A stretch of DNA of 64,000 bases from an uncultured delta proteobacterium (GTDB lineage: Bacteria; Desulfobacterota; Binatia; UBA9968), in NCBI GenBank assembly GCA_963771465.1, contig CAVYTU010000007.1:1-64000 (forward strand). The letters run 5' to 3'. The notes beneath the pieces were generated by a model. The model was given only the letters and a program-made list of their open reading frames with translations. It searched no databases and was not told the origin of the DNA. Below, piece by piece: positions 32,380-39,447 of the stretch (position 1 is the stretch's first letter; every line of letters starts with the position of its first letter). Both the position numbers and the translations under genes were made by a program.

Positions 32380-32428
32380 AATCAGCCTGAGGTGCCGATC
32401 CGGCGCCTCGGGCTGATTGCTTTCGTTT
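32380..32428 (+). terminator. intrinsic terminator
   Basis: 18-bp stem AATCAGCCTGAGGTGCCG/CGGCGCCTCGGGCTGATT followed by a T-rich tail. Confidence 0.65.
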
Positions 32429-32512
32429 CCCTCTTTCGACGCTCCCCGTGACGTAGAAATTTTCCTGCCGAATACGTCGTTGAACATTCGCACGAGCTGC
32501 ACTAGCCGTGAT

Positions 32513-32553
32513 GGAAAAGGATAAGGGCTGAAGGATAATGGATAATGGATAAC
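32513..32553 (+). repeat. GGATAA(T/G) heptamer tract
   Basis: GGAAAAGGATAAGGGCTGAAGGATAATGGATAATGGATAA; near reverse complement of 34221-34247. Confidence 0.75.
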
Positions 32554-32569
32554 GCTGAAAGCCAACTGC

Positions 32570-32677
32570 GATCTAAAAATGCGGACGAAAGATTACGCGC
32601 TTTCGGTGATCCGGTTCTTTACGGAATTACCGAAGAGAACTGAAACTCAAATTCTCGAACGGCAGTTATTGCGCTCT
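32570..32677 (+). pseudogene. four-helix-bundle (IVS/TIGR02436-like) protein N-terminal remnant
   Basis: DLKMRTKDYALSVIRFFTELPKRTETQILERQLLRS, cut off at the palindrome. Confidence 0.7.
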
Positions 32678-32680
32678 TTG

Positions 32681-32701
32681 ACGTTTTGAGAATTCTCAAA
32701 A
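32681..32701. repeat. palindrome copy 1 (ACGTTTTGAGAATTCTCAAAA)
   Basis: Same core recurs at 33059 and 36269. Confidence 0.9.
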
Positions 32702-32749
32702 GCTGGAAAGGCTTGACAGGACAGGCCGACAAGTCTTAGACCGCCGGTC

Positions 32750-33048
32750 ATGGACGAGAAGCGTTATCGCGAGTCGCGTCTTTGCCGGCTGCTCGGCAAT
32801 CCTATCGTCTATCAGCTGGTCACGCTGCTTGAAATGGGCGGACCGACGACGCCAACCAGGCTCGCGAAACTCATCGGGCGCCACGTGTCCGCTATCAGTA
32901 TTCACCTGGGCAAGTTACGGGGCGCCGATGTCGTGTGTCATGATACCTCGGGAAAAGAGACGCGCTATTGGCTCAGCACAAGGACGAGATAAAAGGACTT
33001 CTGAAGATGCTGCAAAAAGTCGTAGACGTGTCAGCAAAATTCGATTGA
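32750..33048 (+). CDS. ArsR-type winged-helix protein, frameshift near 32976
   Basis: LGNPIVYQLV..TPTRLAKLIGRHVSAISIHLGKLR; other frame continues HKDEIKGLLKML..FD*. Confidence 0.7.
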
Positions 33049-33058
33049 GGCCCACTTT

Positions 33059-33082
33059 ACGTTTTGAGAATTCTCAAAACGT
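33059..33082. repeat. palindrome copy 2 (perfect 24 bp)
   Basis: ACGTTTTGAGAATTCTCAAAACGT. Confidence 0.9.
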
Positions 33083-33181
33083 GCAAGTTCCACCACCTCA
33101 GGTTCATCAGTGAAAGAACAAGCAACACAAAATCCAAATCGAAAAATCCAAGACTTTAGACAGGCAGTGTCGTTTTATAAA

Positions 33182-33272
33182 TTTATCCTTTATCCTTTCA
33201 CCGGCACCAGTTTTCCCCTTCATCCCTTTATCCTTTTGCCGTCATCCCTTTCGCTGCGCCTTTATCCTCTCC
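33182..33272 (+). repeat. TTATCCT/TCATCC pyrimidine heptamer tract
   Basis: TTTATCCTTTATCCTTTC...CATCCCTTTATCCTTTT. Confidence 0.75.
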
Positions 33273-33277
33273 TATAG

Positions 33278-33306
33278 TTGACGGGTTTATATAAAGACGA
33301 TATAAA
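33278..33306 (+). promoter_or_regulatory. sigma70 promoter, likely leaderless, with AT palindromes
   Basis: TTGACG-17bp-TATAAA, 6 nt before the ATG at 33313. Confidence 0.7.
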
Positions 33307-33312
33307 GTTTAT

Positions 33313-33591
33313 ATGAAGACCCTAACGATTACCGACGCCAAAAAAAATCTCGGGCGTTGGCTGGCAGCCGCGGCGCGGGGCGACGATATTGGAATCATTT
33401 GCGGCGCGGACATCGTCGCGCTGCGCAAAGTTGACGTCGAGTCCACCGACTATGCCCAGCGAGAATACGGCGCCACCGCGGCGCAGCTGGCCGCCTTGGA
33501 AAAAGCCACCGAGCAGCGCTATCAGCGCCTGAAGCGGAGTAAAAAGCTCGCGTCGACCACCGCGCAGGAACTCAGGAAGATGCTTGAGTAA
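33313..33591 (+). CDS. Phd/YefM-like antitoxin
   Basis: MKTLTITDAKKNLGRWLAAAARGDDIGI; overlaps toxin start. Confidence 0.7.
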   Translation: MKTLTITDAKKNLGRWLAAAARGDDIGIICGADIVALRKVDVESTDYAQREYGATAAQLAALEKATEQRYQRLKRSKKLASTTAQELRKMLE

Positions 33592-33874
33592 GCTTCTTGC
33601 CATCGACCCCGCGGTCATCCGCCGCCTGCGTGAACTGCCAAAAAACGAAAAGGTTGAATGCTTGCTTGCCATTTGCGATCTGGTTGACGGTTATGGTCAA
33701 CCTCATGTTCATAGCGGGCTTGGCATCCGCAAGCTAGGAGGCAAGCTTTTCGAATGCCGCGGCAACCGCGATCTCCGATTTATCTTCCAAGACCGAGGCG
33801 CCGAGCTTTACGTTTCGTTCCTCGGCAATCACGACGAGATCAGAACGCTCCTCCGCCGCGGCAACTATCGATGA
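33584..33874 (+). CDS. RelE-superfamily toxin
   Basis: HSGLGIRKL..LFECR...DLRFIF...LGNHDEI. Confidence 0.7.
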   Translation: MSKLLAIDPAVIRRLRELPKNEKVECLLAICDLVDGYGQPHVHSGLGIRKLGGKLFECRGNRDLRFIFQDRGAELYVSFLGNHDEIRTLLRRGNYR

Positions 33875-33943
33875 ACGATTCGAGGTAATTGGACTTTCCA
33901 GTGATAACTCAGGCCGGGCGCCAAAGTTGTTGGCAAGATCGCA

Positions 33944-34102
33944 ATGAAACGAAAAGCCAAACTTACGACGAGTAAAGAATTTTCCGCGGCGGTCGGCCGG
34001 GCGCTGCGCCGCGCCGCCAAGGTCGCCCGCAAGACCGCGCGCATGCACGGCACGCCGATTTATGTCTGGAAGAACGGCAAAGTAGTCGCCGAAAAACCGT
34101 AG
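33944..34102 (+). CDS. small basic protein of the type paired with zeta-like ATPases (52 aa)
   Basis: Manual: MKRKAK...ARKTARMHGTPIYVWKNGKVVAEKP; preceded by an overlapping DNSGRAPKLLARSQ* remnant. Confidence 0.6.
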   Translation: MKRKAKLTTSKEFSAAVGRALRRAAKVARKTARMHGTPIYVWKNGKVVAEKP

Positions 34103-34143
34103 AGCGAAATCGCAAAGCCCAAAACGGTAATTCGGCTTTCCGG

Positions 34144-34310
34144 TTTATCCTTTATCCTTTCGCCTTCGTCCTTTTTCGTGTCCTTCCGCCCTTATCCTTT
34201 CCACGTTGTTTCTCCTTCATCCCTTATCCTTTAGCCCTCATCCTTTCTAAGCCCACGCCCACGGCCTTTCTCCGACCCACGAACACGGCTTTTGCCCGAT
34301 CACGATCACG
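34144..34310 (+). repeat. TTATCCT heptamer plus CACGA(A/T) hexamer tract
   Basis: Direct inspection; includes CCACGAACACGGCTTTT at 34277-34293. Confidence 0.75.
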
Positions 34311-34533
34311 TCAATTCTCCCCATCACGCGCCCGATCCTATAAATTTTTGCGCACATATTATTATCGTCAACAATTTTGATAATCTTGTGGTAGCGGCGA
34401 GGTCAATTGACCTACGAAATTGTCGTCCACGGTGGGAAGTAAGCTAAAAGCCGTGGACACGGCAAAGGCAAAAATTTATGAAGTGTCCTCACCCGTCCCG
34501 GGAATGCCGGCGGCCAGGGCAGCGGAGTGAACT

Positions 34534-35223
34534 ATGCGCCACAACTCCATGAGATCGACTCGCCGCGCGGTTTTAGCCGTCACCTTCGCCGTGGGTGCCA
34601 GTGCATGGGCAGCCGAACGCGTCGTCGTCGAGGACTGGCGCTCGAATCCGCTCGGTGCGCGGGGCATTCCGCGGGAATGGAAGGAGCAGACCTGGGGAAA
34701 GCCCGGCTACGACCTCGGGATCGTTTCGGACAACGGTCAGCCGGTCCTGCACCTGAGGAGCAAGGGTGAAACTTCGACGATCATTCGCGACCTCAAAACT
34801 TCCGTCGATCTCAAAGCGACGCCGATCATGGAGTGGAAATGGAAGGTCATGACGCTTCCCGCCGGCGGCCATGCCTGCCAGCAGGCGACCGACGACGAGG
34901 CCGCGCAGGTTTACGTCGGCTGGCTGCGCTCGCCGGAGACGGTGCGCTCGCGCATCATCGGCTACGTTTGGGATTCGACGGCGCCGGCTGGCACGATCTG
35001 CAAGAGCCAGAAGACCTCCACGGTGACCTATATCGTCCTGCGCTCGGGCTCCGACGAACTCGGCAAATGGATTACCGAGCGCCGCAATGTCGTCGAAGAC
35101 TTCCGTAAGATCTATGGCGAAGCGCCGGACAACTCGACCGCCCTCTCGCTCGGCATCGATTCGGACGATACGCGCTCCAGTGCCGAGTCGTTCATCGGAC
35201 CGATCGTCTTCACGCGCCCTTGA
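34534..35223 (+). CDS. DUF3047 family secreted protein
   Basis: Signal peptide, TPIMEWKWKV, DDEAAQVYV, IGYVWD, WITERRNV.EDF, IDSDDT. Confidence 0.8.
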   Translation: MRHNSMRSTRRAVLAVTFAVGASAWAAERVVVEDWRSNPLGARGIPREWKEQTWGKPGYDLGIVSDNGQPVLHLRSKGETSTIIRDLKTSVDLKATPIMEWKWKVMTLPAGGHACQQATDDEAAQVYVGWLRSPETVRSRIIGYVWDSTAPAGTICKSQKTSTVTYIVLRSGSDELGKWITERRNVVEDFRKIYGEAPDNSTALSLGIDSDDTRSSAESFIGPIVFTRP

Positions 35224-35240
35224 CGAGCGCAGTTTCCCCC

Positions 35241-35388
35241 ACACGATCACGTTTTTGTATTTCAATTGCATCCCTTCATCCCTTCGCCTTTTTCCTTTTC
35301 CCAGCGCCCACGATCACGGCATTCCCCACCAGGACCACGAACACGGCTTTTCCTATTTCATCCTTTATCCCTTTGCCTTTATCCTTTC
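35241..35388 (+). repeat. CACGATCACG / TTATCC tract
   Basis: Includes the second CCACGAACACGGCTTTT at 35335-35351. Confidence 0.75.
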
Positions 35389-35389
35389 C

Positions 35390-35614
35390 GATCTAGCTGT
35401 GCTGTACGGCATCACTGTAGGAAGACTGAACGAAGCTGTTAAACGCAATCGCGATCGTTTTCCCGCCGATTTCATGTTTCAGCTAACGGCCGAGGAGTTT
35501 AGTTCTTTGAGGTCACAAATTGCGACGTCAAACTTGAAATCGCAAATTGCGATATCAAGTTATGATTGGTGTGGTCGGCGTCACCCGCCATTTGCCTTTA
35601 CTGAACAGGGTGTG
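35390..35614 (+). pseudogene. ORF6N-domain protein fragment
   Basis: DLAVLYG...LNEAVKRNRDRFPADFMFQLT...SQIA...PFAFTEQGV; both ends missing. Confidence 0.85.
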
Positions 35615-35682
35615 AGTGACAGTCTGAATTGGCGGTTGCTGCGGTGATTGCGTGGAATTGCTCGCTGCCGTATCTTAGGATC

Positions 35683-35992
35683 GTGAAAATAATTAGGGAT
35701 TGCTTCGGCACCTCAGTTAGGCTCACTGACGAACGACTGGCGCATATCTTGGAGCATACTGAGATGGCAGGGATGGAGGATGAACTTGAGCGGGTATTGC
35801 GAACGCCGAGCGAAGTGCGACGATCGCGATCCGATGATAACGTAAGGCTCTTCTACGAATTTTACACGCGCACTCGAGTGGGTGGAATGGTTGTGTGTGG
35901 TGGTAAAGTATTCGGCGGACGCGGCTTTCGTCATTACTGCGTACTGGAGGGACACATTGAAAGCAGGAGAAACCGTATGGCCGAAAAAGTAA
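35683..35992 (+). pseudogene. DUF4258/BrnT-like toxin, frameshift near 35887
   Basis: VRLTDERLAHILEH..; other frame WLCVVVKY...FVITAY...VWPKK*. Confidence 0.7.
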
Positions 35993-36189
35993 AAGTCTGG
36001 TTCGATCCCGAAGGCGACTTCTTAGAAGTACGGTTCAGCGACGTACCCGGGTTTATGCGTGAAACCGCCCATGACGCGCTGATGGAGCGAGTCGACGATC
36101 ACGGACAAGTGGTCGGGTTCAGCATTCTCGGCGTCAGCCGCTTTCGCAAGGGGCGGCCTTTCGAAGCAGAGTTAACCGCCGGCAAATAA
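35977..36189 (+). CDS. DUF2283 family antitoxin
   Basis: VKVWFDPEGDFLEV...VDDHGQVVGFSILG; AGGAG RBS. Confidence 0.8.
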   Translation: MAEKVKVWFDPEGDFLEVRFSDVPGFMRETAHDALMERVDDHGQVVGFSILGVSRFRKGRPFEAELTAGK

Positions 36190-36268
36190 GCTCGCGGAAA
36201 ACCGCTAGCGGAGAAAGCGTAACGAACGAAGTAGTCGTTGACGATCCTTCTCCTTAAAACTCATTTTG

Positions 36269-36292
36269 ACGTTTTGAGAATTCTCAAAACGT
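36269..36292. repeat. palindrome copy 3 (perfect 24 bp)
   Basis: ACGTTTTGAGAATTCTCAAAACGT followed by GCAA as in copy 2. Confidence 0.9.
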
Positions 36293-36410
36293 GCAACTCC
36301 CCCATCCGAATCTGTCATTGAACCTTTTAACCTTCAACATTGAACCGGCGAGTTAATTGAAGCGACGACATGACAGTGATAATCTGAGTGGGCCGTCGAG
36401 GTGTAATCAA

Positions 36411-36617
36411 ATGAAAACAAGGCGAAATCGAAAAGATCCTGAATTCGTGATGCGGGGAGGAAAGCCTACCGCCGTTATTCTGAGTATCGAGGAGTATCGA
36501 AAGCTGCTCGAACGAGTCGAGGATGCCGAAGATCTCAAGACGCTCAAGGCGATGAGGAAGCGACCGCTAAAATTCCGCAAACTCGAAGACTTCCTAAAGG
36601 ACGCCGCTGGTGTATGA
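36411..36617 (+). CDS. Phd/YefM-like antitoxin
   Basis: GKPTAVILSIEEYRKLLERVEDAED. Confidence 0.8.
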   Translation: MKTRRNRKDPEFVMRGGKPTAVILSIEEYRKLLERVEDAEDLKTLKAMRKRPLKFRKLEDFLKDAAGV

Positions 36618-36862
36618 GGTTCTGATAGAGCGGACCGCCGAGCGTGATCTAAAATCTCTCCCCACCAATCTCTTTGATCGTATCGTTCCTCGTATTAAAG
36701 CCCTCGCCGAGATTCCACGGCCATCCGGATGCCATAAACTAGCCGGTTCCAAGAATGACTGGCGCATTCGGATCGCGGACTAGAGTCGTCTATGAAATTG
36801 ATGATGCGCACAAACGCGTGAGAATCTTCCGGGTTAGGCACCGCCGAGAGGTGTATCGCTAA
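36610..36862 (+). pseudogene. RelE/StbE toxin with 2-nt deletion and stop at 36781
   Basis: VYEVLIERTAERDL...PRPSGCHKL..WRIRIAD* then RVVYEIDD...VRHRREVYR*. Confidence 0.8.
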
Positions 36863-36916
36863 GGTGAGCTAGAGTGAGCAGTCGGCTTGGCGCTGCTGCG
36901 ACCGCCATTAGCCAGC

Positions 36917-37102
36917 GCTCATTATCGTATTTTTCGTGCGTAAGAGGACTCAGCAAGCTTTAGTTGTGTCGGCACGGGGCATGACCACAGTGAAAGAAAA
37001 CGATATGAAAAAAATTAAAAGTTCGCTTTCGAAAGCTCGGTCGTATGCGGAAATCGGAGAATACTGGGACCAACACGACTTGAGCGATGTTTGGAGAAAC
37101 AC
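36917..37102 (+). pseudogene. BrnT-like toxin C-terminus plus antitoxin N-terminus, interrupted by an IS
   Basis: IIVFFVRK..ALVVSARGMT; MKKIKSS..SYAEIGEYWDQHDLSD from 37005. Confidence 0.65.
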
Positions 37103-37350
37103 TGGACTGCGCCCCATTGACTGGAGAGAAAAGCTGAGAATTAGAGGGAGGGTGAGATCGGCTCAACCAGCGGGTAAGATGGACTCGGGAGAAGGAGTCG
37201 ATCGATGGGGAAACAACGACGGAAGTTTGAAACGGGGTTCAAGCAGCAGATTGTCAGTGAAGTGGAATCGGGTCTGTTGTCAGTCAGCGCTGCCAGCCGC
37301 AAGTACCAAATCTCTGACAGTGTGATCGATGGCTGGCGGCAAAAAGCCCG
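37103..37350 (+). mobile_element. IS3-family left end and orfA remnant
   Basis: TGGACTGCGCCCC end; MGKQRRKFETGFKQQIV...ASRKYQIS..IDGWR HTH. Confidence 0.7.
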
Positions 37351-37668
37351 GCAAAGCAAGCGTCGAGCAATTTATACATGTGTTCCTTCTCTTTATCGGT
37401 GGAAACGATGGGCAAAGGATGCCCGCAAGGTGTGCCCGTGATGATCATCTTTTCTAAAACGCGCAAACGCCTCTCGATCTCGGTCGACATTTCTACCTCA
37501 CTGGCGGGCAAGTGCCGCCTCTAGGAGTTCAAGACGCTTCTCCAGCTCTTCAACCTGGCGAATCTTAATCCCCTGCTCAAGAATCAGCGCAGCACACCTT
37601 GCCCGAACGTCCTGCTTGCCGGCCTTCATAAGCTCAAGCAGCGTGTCTACCGCCGCCGTGGCGTTGAT
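37350..37668 (-). pseudogene. phage/integrative-element small gene remnants
   Basis: ..AVDTLLELM..DVRARCAALILEQG..ELEKRLELLE* followed by MSTEIERRLRVLEK; family resemblance only. Confidence 0.4.
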
Positions 37669-38103
37669 CTATACCTTGCACCGAATGCGTCGTCCTGCCC
37701 CTATTGTAGCGCGTCCCTAAACGTTTCCTATTTACTTCCACACAAATAGAGCGTTGATCGGCTAAGCTTCGCTTGATCGCATGCTTGCTGCTCGGATGGC
37801 ATCGACACTAACAGCGGAATCAATCTTTTTTGCCGGCGGGTCAGGCTATTTGTCGGTGTGTCGTTCATTTCGGGTTAGTTCGGTCCAGTACTTTCCAAAA
37901 TGTTCTGAAATTATTGCGCCATTGGAACTACGAGGAAGGGGTGGCCGGTCGATTTCCCGGGGGTGGGGTAGGCGATCTTGCTAATTTGTGCCCAATTGCG
38001 GAGATAAAACAAGGAAAAAGCAAGCAAGTCGAGCGGGCTGCCAAGCTCGGGCTTACCTGCTTGCTCTTGACGTTTCTTGATGCTGGTTGCAGTAGACGAA
38101 AAG

Positions 38104-38161
38104 CTCGAAATCAAGTTCACGGGGAACCGTGACGGGGGTTCGAATCCCTCCCTCTCCGCCA
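38104..38161 (+). pseudogene. tRNA-Ser(CGA) 3' fragment, att-like site
   Basis: CTCGAAA loop, long variable arm, GGTTCGAATCC, CCTCTCCGCCA; no GGAGAG acceptor or D arm upstream. Confidence 0.8.
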
Positions 38162-38356
38162 ACTTTTTCACTCGAGCTTTCCGATCGATCTCGTTTCGCC
38201 TAGAGTCCTGCGTGAACCCGCCAAAGTTTTAGCCGAAAAATTACCGCGTTCAGCGCGCGGGTGCCGATGCAATCCGGCAGGAAAGTTGCGGCAACTGGGT
38301 CAGCTCGATCTTGACCGCAAGCGAATTGGGTTTGGGATATGCAGATCAGTGCAGGG

Positions 38357-38641
38357 TTAATTGCGCTTGTCACAGTTCCAGGACCACGCGCCGCGATCGT
38401 CGAAGATCGCCTCTCTGAAAAGCGTATTATAAAAGACTTCGATCATCTCGCCGTTGCCGCGAACCCTAGCGACTCTGAGGGACGACCAAATATCTGACCA
38501 GGGGATGAGCTTGAGTGGTTGCTCGTTGGTGGCTGACCCTGTCTCGCGCGCTAAGCTGGGCGAGGTGCCATCGCGGGAATGCGCTGTATTCACTGTGTCG
38601 GTCGGTGATGCTTGTTTCGGGTCTTTAAGAAACGGTGGCAT
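38357..38641 (-). CDS. hypothetical protein
   Basis: ORF with GAGG RBS and sigma54 motif upstream. Confidence 0.45.
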   Translation of the reverse strand: MPPFLKDPKQASPTDTVNTAHSRDGTSPSLARETGSATNEQPLKLIPWSDIWSSLRVARVRGNGEMIEVFYNTLFREAIFDDRGAWSWNCDKRN

Positions 38642-38725
38642 GGGTCGCCTCGTTGCTAACCTGTAAGATTTTCTGACAGAAACCTGGTCCCTTGGGATCG
38701 TTTGGATCGGATGATTTAATTTGGA

Positions 38726-38740
38726 GCAATTGGAATGCCA
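38726..38740 (-). promoter_or_regulatory. sigma54 promoter
   Basis: Minus strand TGGCATTCCAATTGC, AT-rich upstream region. Confidence 0.6.
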
Positions 38741-39087
38741 CTAGCATTGAAGCGTGCAATATCAACGACTTGTGACGCAGTAGCGATTGGAGCGTGTAAT
38801 GAAATCCGTAAACTAGTTTTACAGTTTATTTTTCATCTAAAATTACTTTTCATTCGTAATTAAAAATACTTTTATTGAAATAGTACTTAGAGTGTTTTCG
38901 CAAGCCATTTTGCGCTTTGGATAAAGCGTAAACTGTTTTAACAACACGGACAAAATTTTCACTGCACAGAGCGGCAGAAATTTATCGTGGACCTTTCCAT
39001 TGTCTGGCGCTACTTTGTAGTAAAGTGAGTGCGCCTATGTTAATTTTGAACCGGTCGACGGTGATTTGTGACCAGGATGCTCGATAA

Positions 39088-39179
<92 letters not shown>

Positions 39180-39246
39180 AAACATCGACTTCGGTTGAGC
39201 GCTACCTTTAAGCTGGTATAACGGAGATAATCGTTGACCGATATGA

Positions 39247-39381
39247 CCAGGATGTCGATTGCTGATAGTTAGGTCCCGTGCAAGGCGGCCCCGCGAACCC
39301 CGTCAGGTCCGGAAGGAAGCAGCGGTAACGGCACACCCCTGTGCCACGGGGAAACCTGGCTGTCAGCAATGGGCATCCTGG
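39247..39381 (+). ncRNA. ffs: signal recognition particle RNA
   Basis: TCAGGTCCGGAAGGAAGCAGC helix 8; long closing stem; upstream of dnaX. Confidence 0.92.
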
Positions 39382-39447
39382 CCTCACTCCGCGAGGCATC
39401 TCAGATGCGTCTTGTGAGCTTTGAAATTTGCGATTCCGAAGGGATAA

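Noticed and set aside
34424-34460. GTCCACGG...CCGTGGAC hairpin as a c-di-GMP riboswitch
   Set aside because: Lacks the two-stem GEMM layout and conserved motifs
35629-36189. 186-aa toxin-antitoxin fusion ORF in the track
   Set aside because: Artefact of a frameshift near 35887 joining the toxin N-terminus to the DUF2283 frame
32681-36292. Palindromic repeats as a CRISPR array
   Set aside because: Only three copies with gaps of about 0.36 and 3.2 kb containing genes; no cas genes
32400-37350. Classical integron or CALIN
   Set aside because: No intI and no convincing RYYYAAC...GTTRRRY attC hairpins found by eye
38070-38161. Intact or intron-containing tRNA-Ser(CGA)
   Set aside because: CTTGA at 38076 could pair with TCAAG, but there is no acceptor 5' strand or D arm
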